64,000 nucleotides of DNA from Parcubacteria group bacterium (GTDB lineage Bacteria > Patescibacteriota > Minisyncoccia > Moranbacterales > UBA11712): NCBI GenBank assembly GCA_041659065.1, contig JBAZYY010000006.1, forward strand, positions 1,551-65,550, given 5' to 3'. Positions 50,975 through 60,107 of this stretch are shown here, one piece after another. The stretch's first letter is position 1. Each line of letters starts with the position of its first letter. Made by a program: the position numbers and the translations under genes. A model generated the notes under the pieces. The model made no database searches. It was given only the letters and a program-made list of their open reading frames with translations, and was not told where the DNA came from.

Positions 50975-51121
50975 CTAGATAATGCTGCGACCCTGGAGCA
51001 GTCGCAACACGATCAAAATAATTGCAACCACCAGCAGAACATGGATCAAACCACCGAGCGTGAAAGAAGTGAGGAGTCCCAATGCCCAGAGAATCAGCAA
51101 GATGACGATTAATGCCCACAT
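50975..51121 (-). CDS. 48-aa lmo0937-family membrane microprotein (absent from ORF track)
   Basis: MWALIVILLILWALGLLTSFTLGGLIHVLLVVAIILIVLRLLQGRSII; AAAGGTGGTG RBS. Confidence 0.85.
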   Translation of the reverse strand: MWALIVILLILWALGLLTSFTLGGLIHVLLVVAIILIVLRLLQGRSII

Positions 51122-51160
51122 ATATTTTCACCACCTTTCTATTTATATTTTATATCTTCT

Positions 51161-51345
51161 TCATATCCTGGCTTTCCTAATTTTGGTCGTCCCGGTGATT
51201 ATTTCTTCGGGTAAATATTTGGTTAAAGCCATATCCACCAGGGAGGTTTGGCTGGTTTCTCCAGCTATGGCCTGACCTTAGCATGCTTCAACAGATTTGG
51301 ATTCAGAAACAAGGCTATCCACTTTTTATAATGATTGGTATTTCA
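51161..51345 (-). pseudogene. possible frameshifted small RHH-like gene
   Basis: 'IALFLNPNLLKHAK' continues as 'QAIAGETSQTSLVDMALTKYLPEEII..' after a 1-nt shift near 51275; no clean start codon. Confidence 0.4.
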
Positions 51346-51485
51346 CTATTATATGTATCTATTCTATTTCTACATTCATCCCGGTTTTATATTTCAAATG
51401 CCTTGTTTTGATATGCCTTTATTGAATCGTTCTAGCTTCTTGCCATTAGACAAAAAAACAAGGTTTGAACTAGACTCATTTTTAC

Positions 51486-51669
51486 GCGTAGCCCTACGGG
51501 GAAGCTCACTGCTCGCTTGTTTCACTCACTGCGCTTTCAAACCCCTCGGTTTGAATAATTCCGCCCCGGGGAAACTTACGTTTTCCCAACCCCTTTCCTG
51601 TTCGACTCCCCAGACACAAAAAATATCTGCCAAAACGGCAGATATTTAGATGCGTAGCCCTACGGGGAA
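51486..51669. mobile_element. 166-bp tRNA-linked mini-element bounded by duplicated tRNA-Glu 3' end
   Basis: 18-bp direct repeat GCGTAGCCCTACGGGGAA at 51486-51503 and 51652-51669. Confidence 0.65.
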
Positions 51670-51726
51670 TCGAACCCCGGTTAACGGATTGAAAACCCGC
51701 TGTCCTAACCACTAGACGATAGGGCC
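51655..51726 (-). tRNA. tRNA-Glu(UUC)
   Basis: GGCCCTA/TAGGGCT acceptor, GCGGG-TTTTCAA-TCCGT arm and CGGGG-TTCGATT-CCCCG T-arm. Confidence 0.95.
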
Positions 51727-51791
51727 GTATTTATTCAACACGGCTAATAATAATCAATAATTATCACGGAGTCAATATAGCAGGTTGATTT

Positions 51792-53456
51792 ATGCCTCTG
51801 GAAAATGTTAATATTAGTCATGCTAAAGACCATAAAATAATGGAAAAGGAAACTAAAAAGGCGGGGATATCAGCTGAAATCAGCCAACCAGTAGCTGATT
51901 TTATTGCGGAGCTCAAAAAAGAGCTTAGACTAATCCACCAAATCACCTCAGAAGAAGACCTAGAGGAACTGGAAATTACGCAGGCAAGTGAGAACATGAC
52001 TCTGATTTACGAGAAAATCAGAAATATTGTCGACTACAAAGAAGATCATTTGATAAAAAGAAGTGCTATTGAAAGAATCTTGAGGCGAAACCTACTCATA
52101 GAACATAGGCAGAAGGAATTCAGCGAGCAGTTTATCAACGAGCTGATAATGGCCGGTTATCTGTCGAGACAAGAAGCTGAAAAAAAGCTTAGAGATAAAG
52201 TGAAAAAAATTCTTTCGAAATACCAGAAACTAATTGGAAAGATAAGGAATTTTGACAATAAAAGCTGGGTTATTGGCATAGCATCCTGTGAAATAGAGGA
52301 ATGCCTTTTCCCGATGGCGACCCGCCGGGCATTAGTGCGCGCCATGTTTAACTCCCTGAAGGATAAAATTGTATTTGAGGGGCGGGAGAAAAATATCGCG
52401 GGAAGTGAAAAGGATATTCAGACATATATTGCCGTTCTCAGGTCTCTTTCAAAAGTCGATCGAGTGAGTCTTAATTTCAATTTATTCAAAATATATTGTC
52501 CGATTTGGTTTGGAGGGGGTCACGAAGAAAAAACAATAAGAGACGTCGCAGCTAATCTCGCGCATCATATCAGGACGATTCAAACGAAGTCCTATAATCC
52601 ATTGTCCTTTAGGATAGCGGTTGCCTTGAGGAGGCAAGCGGTATATTTCAATGTATTCTACGAAGTAGTATTGAATAATATCGATAAGATAGACAAGATT
52701 CTTGGAAATAAGGAATCTTTGCAATTCGCTTCCCAGCTCGTGAGTGAAAATTTCTACGATCGGGAAATGGGAAAATTTTGGAAACGGGTTAAGCGCAGCC
52801 TATTTTTTCTCGTAATCACGAAAATCCTTTTGGCAGCTGCGGTGGAGTATCCTTACGACCTTTATATAATTGGGACAGTCAATTTCATGCCAATTCTCAT
52901 CAACCTTATTTTCCCGCCAGTCTACCTGACAATTCTTTCCGCGACGATCAAGAGGCCAAGTGAATCAAATTCAGTGCTGATAGCGAAGGGCATTGAGGAA
53001 ATTGTGTATAAGGAAAACAGAAGCAAAATTGCTCCGATCAAAATTTTCGAAAGAGAGACGGTGAAGGATCAGATACTCAACCTATTTTTCCTGCTGACGT
53101 TTGCAGTTTCCTTTGGAATAGTAATCTGGATCCTTTCGAGGATGAACTTCAACTACGTCGGGATTGCCATATTTCTTTTTCTCTTCAGTATTGTCAGCTT
53201 TTTTAATGCTCTGGTTCGACAGCCAATTCGGGAACTTTTAATCGCCCGGAGTAGGGAAGGGTTTGTGGGAGTGCTTATTGATACGCTCTCGATTCCTTTT
53301 GTGCGTATCGGCAAGTGGCTTTCCACGAAGTTCTCCCAAATCAATATACTTCTGATGATTCTCGATGTGCTGATCGAAGCGCCACTCAAGGTTTTCGTGC
53401 GTTTCATTCAGGATTGGACGGGATTCCTGAGGCGGAAGAAAGAGGAAATGATCTAA
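51792..53456 (+). CDS. hypothetical membrane protein (helical N-terminus, about 4 TM)
   Basis: 554-aa ORF; start may be at 51840. Confidence 0.8.
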   Translation: MPLENVNISHAKDHKIMEKETKKAGISAEISQPVADFIAELKKELRLIHQITSEEDLEELEITQASENMTLIYEKIRNIVDYKEDHLIKRSAIERILRRNLLIEHRQKEFSEQFINELIMAGYLSRQEAEKKLRDKVKKILSKYQKLIGKIRNFDNKSWVIGIASCEIEECLFPMATRRALVRAMFNSLKDKIVFEGREKNIAGSEKDIQTYIAVLRSLSKVDRVSLNFNLFKIYCPIWFGGGHEEKTIRDVAANLAHHIRTIQTKSYNPLSFRIAVALRRQAVYFNVFYEVVLNNIDKIDKILGNKESLQFASQLVSENFYDREMGKFWKRVKRSLFFLVITKILLAAAVEYPYDLYIIGTVNFMPILINLIFPPVYLTILSATIKRPSESNSVLIAKGIEEIVYKENRSKIAPIKIFERETVKDQILNLFFLLTFAVSFGIVIWILSRMNFNYVGIAIFLFLFSIVSFFNALVRQPIRELLIARSREGFVGVLIDTLSIPFVRIGKWLSTKFSQINILLMILDVLIEAPLKVFVRFIQDWTGFLRRKKEEMI

Positions 53457-53550
53457 TAAGAATTGAGAATTTGGAATTGAGAATGAATTTTTTTTACATT
53501 CGCTTATTTCTGATTATCATTTACAATTCATAATTCATAATTCCGAATTT
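53457..53550. repeat. bipartite heptamer repeat element
   Basis: GAATTGA/GAATTTG/GAATTGA arm and AATTCAT/AATTCAT/AATTCCG arm. Confidence 0.6.
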
Positions 53551-53554
53551 TAAT

Positions 53555-55255
53555 ATGCTGAAAAAATACTGGTATAAAATTGCTCTACTCGCAATAATAA
53601 TTTTCGCTATCTTCTTCCGAACTTATCATTTTTCTGACTGGCTGCATTTCGGAATGGACCAAGCGAGAGATGCCACTCTGGTCAGCCAGGCGGCGGCCGA
53701 GGGTCCAGCGCAGCTTCCACTGCTCGGTCCACGGGCCGGGGGCACTTATGTAAGACTCGGTCCGATATTCTATTATTTTCAGTATCTTTCCGCGAAAATA
53801 ACAGACTCCACTGATCCGACGGTATTTGCTATTCCGGATCTAATCTTCTCTATTCTGACCATCCCACTACTATTTCTTTTTTTGCGCTTATTCTTTTCTC
53901 GTTCCGTATCTCTTTTGGCTACGGCTCTTTATGCTTTTAATTTTGTAATAATTCAATTTTCAAGATTTGCTTGGAATCCGAACTCGATTCCTTTCTGGAC
54001 ACTTCTCGCTTTTTACGCGTTGTTCCGCTCGATTGGCGAGAAAGATGGAAAAAAAAGATATCTTTGGATTTTTCTGGTTGCGATTAGCTGGGCGGTGGTT
54101 GGTCAGCTGCATTTCGTGGCTCTGGCGGCTGTGCCGGCTGTAATATTATTTTTTCTTCTCTGGTCCGGTAAGTGGCGCGCATTCAAGTGGAAGGAGGCCG
54201 TGCTTCTTGCTATCATACTGATAATTTTCTTTGCGCCCGTGATCTTAAGCGATATAGTCATGAAGGGGGATAATCTGAAGCAGTTTTTTTGGGCTTTTCA
54301 GTATAAGCCGCAGGAACATAGCTTTCTGGGGAATATCAAGACTGACATCTTGATGCATGCCAATTACTATACGCTGATTCTGACAACTTATGTGAGTCCG
54401 ACAGGCAAAGCGTCGCTTGCCGCGGGAGCCATCCTTTCACTTTTCGGATTAGGATACCTCATCTATAATTTACGCCGGGAAAAGGATGAGGATAAGAAAA
54501 ATTTCCTAAAACTGATTTTTATCTGGGTGGCCGTTTCATTTCTGGTCCTTATTCCTTTTGCTTTTCAGATCAAACCGCGCTTTTTATTTTTTGAGATATT
54601 TATTCCTTTCATTTTTGTCGCAATGGGAATAGAATGGCTGCAAAAAGGAGATAAATATAAAAAGTTTGTCTCATTCGCGGCAATCGCCTTGGTGGTGGGA
54701 GTAATAGCACTTAATATTGAAGCAACGTTGGCTTGGTTTGCTCGACTGGAAACCGGACAAAAATTCAGCGTCTGGGGCGATCGCCTTTCTTTCATGCAGT
54801 ATCCCAAGGCCATCACTGCTTCCGATTTTCGAGAAGCGACCGAATTTGTGGACAATAAGTGGCAAGAGAATCCGGCGAAAATATATTTTTACGGCAATCT
54901 TGAGCTTCGAAACCCATTACTCTACCTGCTTGAGCAAAAAAATCCAAAAATTGAATACGAATATATCGGCTATCGAACCAGGGATTTTTTCGGAAGATAT
55001 TTTGCTGTCAGCACGGCCGGGGGCGGGCTCGAATCATTGCCGAAACACTACCAGGCGAAGTTTGATTTGGCGGAAAACAACACGTTTAAGAAACTAGCCG
55101 TTCAAGAGCTTAAGTTGAAAGAGATCCAACCCAAAGAAAGTGAGAAAGAAAGCCTTAAGGAACCTAAGGTTGAATCGGAAACGGAGCAAAATGCTAAAAA
55201 AGGAATTAAAAAAAGCGATCGGGTTTTGTGGGGAGACCTGTTTAGCAAAAAATGA
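53555..55255 (+). CDS. GT-C (ArnT/PMT-like, family 39) membrane glycosyltransferase
   Basis: 'DQARD' first-loop motif, 'LGPIFYY', 'SRFAWNPN', 'QLH' and many TM helices. Confidence 0.82.
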   Translation: MLKKYWYKIALLAIIIFAIFFRTYHFSDWLHFGMDQARDATLVSQAAAEGPAQLPLLGPRAGGTYVRLGPIFYYFQYLSAKITDSTDPTVFAIPDLIFSILTIPLLFLFLRLFFSRSVSLLATALYAFNFVIIQFSRFAWNPNSIPFWTLLAFYALFRSIGEKDGKKRYLWIFLVAISWAVVGQLHFVALAAVPAVILFFLLWSGKWRAFKWKEAVLLAIILIIFFAPVILSDIVMKGDNLKQFFWAFQYKPQEHSFLGNIKTDILMHANYYTLILTTYVSPTGKASLAAGAILSLFGLGYLIYNLRREKDEDKKNFLKLIFIWVAVSFLVLIPFAFQIKPRFLFFEIFIPFIFVAMGIEWLQKGDKYKKFVSFAAIALVVGVIALNIEATLAWFARLETGQKFSVWGDRLSFMQYPKAITASDFREATEFVDNKWQENPAKIYFYGNLELRNPLLYLLEQKNPKIEYEYIGYRTRDFFGRYFAVSTAGGGLESLPKHYQAKFDLAENNTFKKLAVQELKLKEIQPKESEKESLKEPKVESETEQNAKKGIKKSDRVLWGDLFSKK

Positions 55256-56133
55256 AAGAAAAAACAAAGAAAAAACTAAGAGCAAAAGTCTTTTATAAAG
55301 GCTCTTCACTCCTGCTTAAAGGCCAGGGCGATGTTGGTGTGCTTTTTTTCCATGGCTGGACATCCCCACCCGATGAACTGATAGATCTTGGAAAGCACTT
55401 AAATTCTTTTGGATACACTTTTTACGCTCCGCTTCTCACTGGGCATGGTACTGAACCGGAGGATCTTATGGGAGTTACCGCGGATGATTGGCAAGCGGAT
55501 GCCAGGCGGGCGCTGCTCGAAATTAAAAAGTTTTCAAAAAAAATATTCGTGGGCGGTATCTCAATGGGAGGCGATTTGGCTCTTCTTATCTCCGGAGATC
55601 CCGAGGTTGAAGGGATTATACTATTGGGAACGCCAGTTAAGTTTCCGGTTCATAATCTCGCCAAGGCCGGCCTTTATTTTATGGCTCTGGCCAAAACCTA
55701 TCGAAAAAAATATTATCCGCCATGGATCAAAAAAAAGAGAGGTGATCGTCCAGCCTATCCTTATTATCCGGTTGAGAATGCCAAGGAGGTGGTAAAATTG
55801 GCCGACGCGGCCCGCAGGTTTCTGCCGCTGGTTAATAAGCCGACTCTCATTATGCAGGCTAAAGTGGATCATATGGTTTCACACAAGTCTCCGGAGATTA
55901 TCTACAGCAGGATAAAATCCGAAATCAAAGAAATAGTCTGGCTCAAAAAGGTCTATCACGTGTTTGTGTATGATAAGGGCGTTCATGAAAAGATAAGCAG
56001 TTTCGTCCGCGGCATTCAAAACAAGGAATTATATGTTCCTTCTGAGCATAAGTCCGGGTTAAACTTCAGAAACATCTTCTTTTTAGTAGCCTCGTTAGTT
56101 TTTGGTCTCTTTATCTTGGCGATGACGTTATGA
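55252..56133 (+). CDS. alpha/beta-hydrolase (carboxylesterase/monoacylglycerol lipase-like) with C-terminal TM
   Basis: 'FHGWTS', 'GHGT', nucleophile elbow GISMGG, 'DHMV' Asp and 'YHV' His. Confidence 0.85.
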   Translation: MKEKTKKKLRAKVFYKGSSLLLKGQGDVGVLFFHGWTSPPDELIDLGKHLNSFGYTFYAPLLTGHGTEPEDLMGVTADDWQADARRALLEIKKFSKKIFVGGISMGGDLALLISGDPEVEGIILLGTPVKFPVHNLAKAGLYFMALAKTYRKKYYPPWIKKKRGDRPAYPYYPVENAKEVVKLADAARRFLPLVNKPTLIMQAKVDHMVSHKSPEIIYSRIKSEIKEIVWLKKVYHVFVYDKGVHEKISSFVRGIQNKELYVPSEHKSGLNFRNIFFLVASLVFGLFILAMTL

Positions 56134-57302
56134 GAATAGCCATATTTACGAATAATTATCTTCCGATAGTAAGTGGTGTTACGCGGTCAATCGAAGAGTA
56201 CCAAAGGAAACTTGAGAATCAAGGCCATAAAGTATATATTTTTGCTCCAAAATATTCAGGGTATCTGGATAAGGAGCAAAGCGTTTTTAGATATCCGGCC
56301 GTAAATGTCAAATATAAGGTCAGCTATCCGCTAGCTATTCGCCAAGCAGGAACGAAAAAGGCGGAGAGAAAGCTGCGAGAATTTTGTCCGGAAATTATTC
56401 ATTCCCAGCATCCGACTGTTTTAGGGTCAGAAGCTCTGAAATTTTCCAAAAAGCTGCGTATTCCCATAATATTCACATACCATACTCTTTACGAGGAATA
56501 TGTGCATTACATTCCTTTGATCCCAGGCTGGGCGCTTAGAAGAGCAGTCAGTGCTCAAGCTTTGAGGTATTGCAATAAGTGCGACGGAGTTATCGCCCCC
56601 ACAGGCGAGATTAAAAAAATGTTAATGGGGAAGGGAGCGAGTGTTCCGATTGAAGTCATCCCTTCTGGAATAGAAATAGAGAAATTTAGGATAGGAGACA
56701 GAAAAAAAATAAGAAATTTATATAATATCCAGGACCACGAAATACTTCTTCTTTGCGTAAGCCGGCTAGCCAAAGAAAAAAACCTGGGGCTGCTGCTTAA
56801 AGCTTTTCGAAAGTTAAGCTTAAAAATAGACACAGTTAAGCTGATGTTGGTTGGAGGAGGGCACGCTGCCGATAGCCTTAAAAAAATAGCGGCGGAGTTG
56901 GGCGTAAGCCGTAAAACAATTTTTCCTGGGTTGATAGATCTCGACGAAATACAAGACTATTATCTGGCAGGCGATATTTTCGCTTATAGCTCAATGACAG
57001 AAACGCAAGGCATGATTGTCGCGGAAGCGATGGCAGCCGGACTCCCGGTTGTTGCCGTGGACGCAACTGGCAGCCGGGATGTTGTTATTGACGGTAAGAC
57101 GGGATATCTCACGGAAAATAGTGTTTCTGATTTTTCAAAAAAAATAGAGGATCTGATTGAAGACGGAGAATTAAGAAAAAAATTCTCAAAGGCGGCTCTT
57201 GCGGAATCAGAAAAATACGACGTCGGTGTTTCCACAAAAAATCTTTTGGAATTTTATGAAAAAACTATCAGAAATTCGTTCAAAAATATTGTGAAAAAAT
57301 AA
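56130..57302 (+). CDS. GT4 glycosyltransferase (diacylglycerol glucosyltransferase-like)
   Basis: 'RIAIFTNNYLP.VSGV', 'TYHTLYEEYVHY', 'SRLAKEKN' and 'TETQG...AEAMAAGLP'. Confidence 0.88.
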   Translation: MRIAIFTNNYLPIVSGVTRSIEEYQRKLENQGHKVYIFAPKYSGYLDKEQSVFRYPAVNVKYKVSYPLAIRQAGTKKAERKLREFCPEIIHSQHPTVLGSEALKFSKKLRIPIIFTYHTLYEEYVHYIPLIPGWALRRAVSAQALRYCNKCDGVIAPTGEIKKMLMGKGASVPIEVIPSGIEIEKFRIGDRKKIRNLYNIQDHEILLLCVSRLAKEKNLGLLLKAFRKLSLKIDTVKLMLVGGGHAADSLKKIAAELGVSRKTIFPGLIDLDEIQDYYLAGDIFAYSSMTETQGMIVAEAMAAGLPVVAVDATGSRDVVIDGKTGYLTENSVSDFSKKIEDLIEDGELRKKFSKAALAESEKYDVGVSTKNLLEFYEKTIRNSFKNIVKK

Positions 57303-57305
57303 GAA

Positions 57306-59267
57306 ATGAAAAAGATTAACAGTTTAGAAGCAAATATGGGTATTGATCAAAAAGGCGAAGAATCGGCGATTCCTTTTGCTGATTTTCAGCAGGACAATTC
57401 AGAGACGATTCAACGGATTTTATCTTGCAACGAAAATATTAAATCAATTACGGTCGAGTTGAAATATTTTAGTGGCAGGAAGAAAAAAATCGCAGAAAAC
57501 AGAATCAGCGAGTTTATAAAAGAAAGAAATACTGCACTCGATAATCTAATAGAAAAAATAACAGCAGCTGCTGGAAGCAGTATTATTCCCAGTGGTGAGG
57601 AAATACTTCTGGCAACAGAGACGGAAAAGGGCACGCCTGATAGTAAAAAAAAGAAAGAGCCGTCCAAGGAAGCAGCTATCACAGAGAAAAGATCCAAATT
57701 TTTCAAATTTTTGGATGAATATTTAAATATCAGTCCTTATTTTTGCGAACTTATAGAAGGCAGGTTGATCGAGAGAGCTCTCGAAAAGAAGATCGGGGAA
57801 GAAAAACTTGATAGGAGTAAGGCCTCTCTGGAAGTTTCGGATCAGCATCAAATTAAGCAAGCCAGAGAGAGGATAAGCAATCTTGATGAATCTGACAGCG
57901 AAGAGAATAGCTTTGATCCGGAAGAGGAAATACAAAGAATCATGCGTGAAATATTTGCAGCGGGAATGTTGTCCCCGCAGAACAAGCAAGATAAACTTTC
58001 TGAACTGAAAGAAAGACTTGCAACACAGAAGATTGGGATAGCAGAAATTAATCTCTATTTGGAAGAAAAAGCCACAAATAATAGCCAGATTGATCTGACT
58101 GCGCTGAAAAGTTTTTTTGAAGAAAAAACAGCTAAATACAAGTTGGCTCCTTTTCAGGTTGAAAGGCATAGATTGCTTTTTAGGGAAGTTGAGAAAAGAA
58201 TTACCCTAATGGACTACTACGGGAAACGATTTGAAAATTTATCCTCAAAAGATACATTTAAGGCGTTATTCGGATTCGAGCCTTTAGGAGAAACAGAGAT
58301 TGAAAGAAGAGGGTTATGTTTTTGCGTTTATTGCTCTAATCCTTCTGATTACACTAATATTTATGCCGGTAAGGCTCAAGGGGAGACGAAAGAAAGACTT
58401 AAAAAGACAGCTGATAGCACAGGAGGCTGCGCTAATGTGTACACTGTTTTACCAGAGCTACAAGGGGCGATTGTGGCAGTCAAAGGGAGCAAAGAAGACG
58501 ACTTCCGTGATGAGATAGCTATCCATGAAGAAAAGCATAGTCTAAATAATTTAGCCGAAATTGTTCAAAATCTCGATAAGCGTTGGTATTTACAAGAAAG
58601 AGAGTATCATCAGGCGGAGGACAATGAAAAGCTTCGGATGTTTTTCATCAATAAATCAAATTATTGCAATGAAAGAGCTAAGGATGAAGCTCTGGCGTAT
58701 TTAAAGTCGGGCGAACATCCGGTGGTTATCCTTAACCGGCTTGAGGAGAAAAAAGATGAAGGAGGTCTCTATGATTATTTCCGAGATGAAAACATTTATC
58801 CTATATTTCAGGAGTTGAAAGATATATATTCAAAGGAAAAGTTGGAGTCAATGCAAAATATTTTTTTTAAAAAATACAGGTCGGATGTAAAAGGGACAGT
58901 TGAATGTCTTCTTGGGCTTGATGACTTTGGATTCAGTCCGGAATTTGCCATTAGCATTTTTCAATCTGAAAAATTGGGAAATTGGCCGAAGGTTCTGAAA
59001 AGACTGAAACAAACAGCTGCATTCAGAAATATTTTAAAACCAACTTTGGAAAATAAGCTGGCCGAGATTAACAAGGGAATGACTGAGCTAGAAGATCGGC
59101 TTAAATTAATGAGAGGATCCGGTATATTTGCAAGAATCAGCGAATTATTTTACACCTATGATAAAGCTACAGCTGCTTCAATCCAGAATATTGAACAACA
59201 GCTAGCAGTCTTGAGAAGTAAGCGGGAATATCTTATTAAATCGCTTGGGCCTGAGACAAAAAAATAG
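57306..59267 (+). CDS. hypothetical protein with HExxH motif
   Basis: 653 aa, coiled-coil rich; 'IAIHEEKH' with a downstream 'KDEALAY'. Confidence 0.75.
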   Translation: MKKINSLEANMGIDQKGEESAIPFADFQQDNSETIQRILSCNENIKSITVELKYFSGRKKKIAENRISEFIKERNTALDNLIEKITAAAGSSIIPSGEEILLATETEKGTPDSKKKKEPSKEAAITEKRSKFFKFLDEYLNISPYFCELIEGRLIERALEKKIGEEKLDRSKASLEVSDQHQIKQARERISNLDESDSEENSFDPEEEIQRIMREIFAAGMLSPQNKQDKLSELKERLATQKIGIAEINLYLEEKATNNSQIDLTALKSFFEEKTAKYKLAPFQVERHRLLFREVEKRITLMDYYGKRFENLSSKDTFKALFGFEPLGETEIERRGLCFCVYCSNPSDYTNIYAGKAQGETKERLKKTADSTGGCANVYTVLPELQGAIVAVKGSKEDDFRDEIAIHEEKHSLNNLAEIVQNLDKRWYLQEREYHQAEDNEKLRMFFINKSNYCNERAKDEALAYLKSGEHPVVILNRLEEKKDEGGLYDYFRDENIYPIFQELKDIYSKEKLESMQNIFFKKYRSDVKGTVECLLGLDDFGFSPEFAISIFQSEKLGNWPKVLKRLKQTAAFRNILKPTLENKLAEINKGMTELEDRLKLMRGSGIFARISELFYTYDKATAASIQNIEQQLAVLRSKREYLIKSLGPETKK

Positions 59268-59275
59268 AACAAAGT

Positions 59276-59836
59276 ATGTTAAAGATCTTAAGAAGAAAAT
59301 TTTATAAAAATCCAACGTTAGAAGTTGCCCGAGATATCCTCGGTTGTTTTTTAGTCCGCGAGTATCGGGGGAAAATCATTCGTGCAATGATAACCGAAGT
59401 CGAAGTTTATATTGGAGAAGAAGATCTGGCTTGTCACGCCTCGCGTGGTCGGACTCCGCGAACTGAAGTGATGTATGGAGAGCCAGGACATGCCTATGTT
59501 TATATGATCTATGGGATGTATCATTGTCTTAATATAGTAACGGAGGAAAAAGATTTTCCGGCGGCGGTTCTCATCAGGGGAATATCACTTGGAAGTCCGA
59601 CTTCCAAGAGGAAGTCGGACTTCCTTGATTTGGACGGCCCGGGAAAGCTTTGTAAATTTTTTCAGATTGATCGAAAACTTAATAAATGGGATCTCACAAA
59701 AGGAAAAAAGCTTTGGGTTGAAGGACCCGCCCAAAATTCCGCCAAGCGAAATATTGTGGCGGGGAGGCGAATCGGGATTGACTACGCCAAGCATTGTCGG
59801 GAATATTTATGGCGATTCAGTACAGACATCGGATGA
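59276..59836 (+). CDS. mpg: DNA-3-methyladenine glycosylase (AAG/MPG family)
   Basis: 'ITEVE.YIG', 'YVYMIYGMYHCLNIV', 'AVLIRG', 'GPGKLC' and 'RIGI'. Confidence 0.92.
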   Translation: MLKILRRKFYKNPTLEVARDILGCFLVREYRGKIIRAMITEVEVYIGEEDLACHASRGRTPRTEVMYGEPGHAYVYMIYGMYHCLNIVTEEKDFPAAVLIRGISLGSPTSKRKSDFLDLDGPGKLCKFFQIDRKLNKWDLTKGKKLWVEGPAQNSAKRNIVAGRRIGIDYAKHCREYLWRFSTDIG

Positions 59837-59884
59837 TTTGTCCCTGAATGATACAGGCACGTGCGTATCAAAATAAGTTGGATT

Positions 59885-59918
59885 AAAAAAAGCAACCTGA
59901 AAAACTCAGGCTTTTTTT
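59885..59918 (+). terminator. intrinsic terminator
   Basis: CCTGA-AAAAC-TCAGG followed by CTTTTTTT. Confidence 0.55.
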
Positions 59919-60107
59919 GCGATCTTTTCGAGGCGAAAAGAATGAAAATTTCTAATTTTAGCGCAAAAAAGCCGTTTTTTTAGGCGAATTATCTGTGGCG
60001 CAAAAAAAGAGTAAAAAAGCAGTATTAGTTATTGTGGATATTTGGATTGGCAATGAAACGGATAAAATTTTAATTTCATTACTCCGATTAACAGTAAGCA
60101 TTAGATT

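Noticed and set aside
51506-51712. 68-aa ORF over tRNA-Glu
   Set aside because: Overlaps the tRNA and the structured mini-element; spurious.
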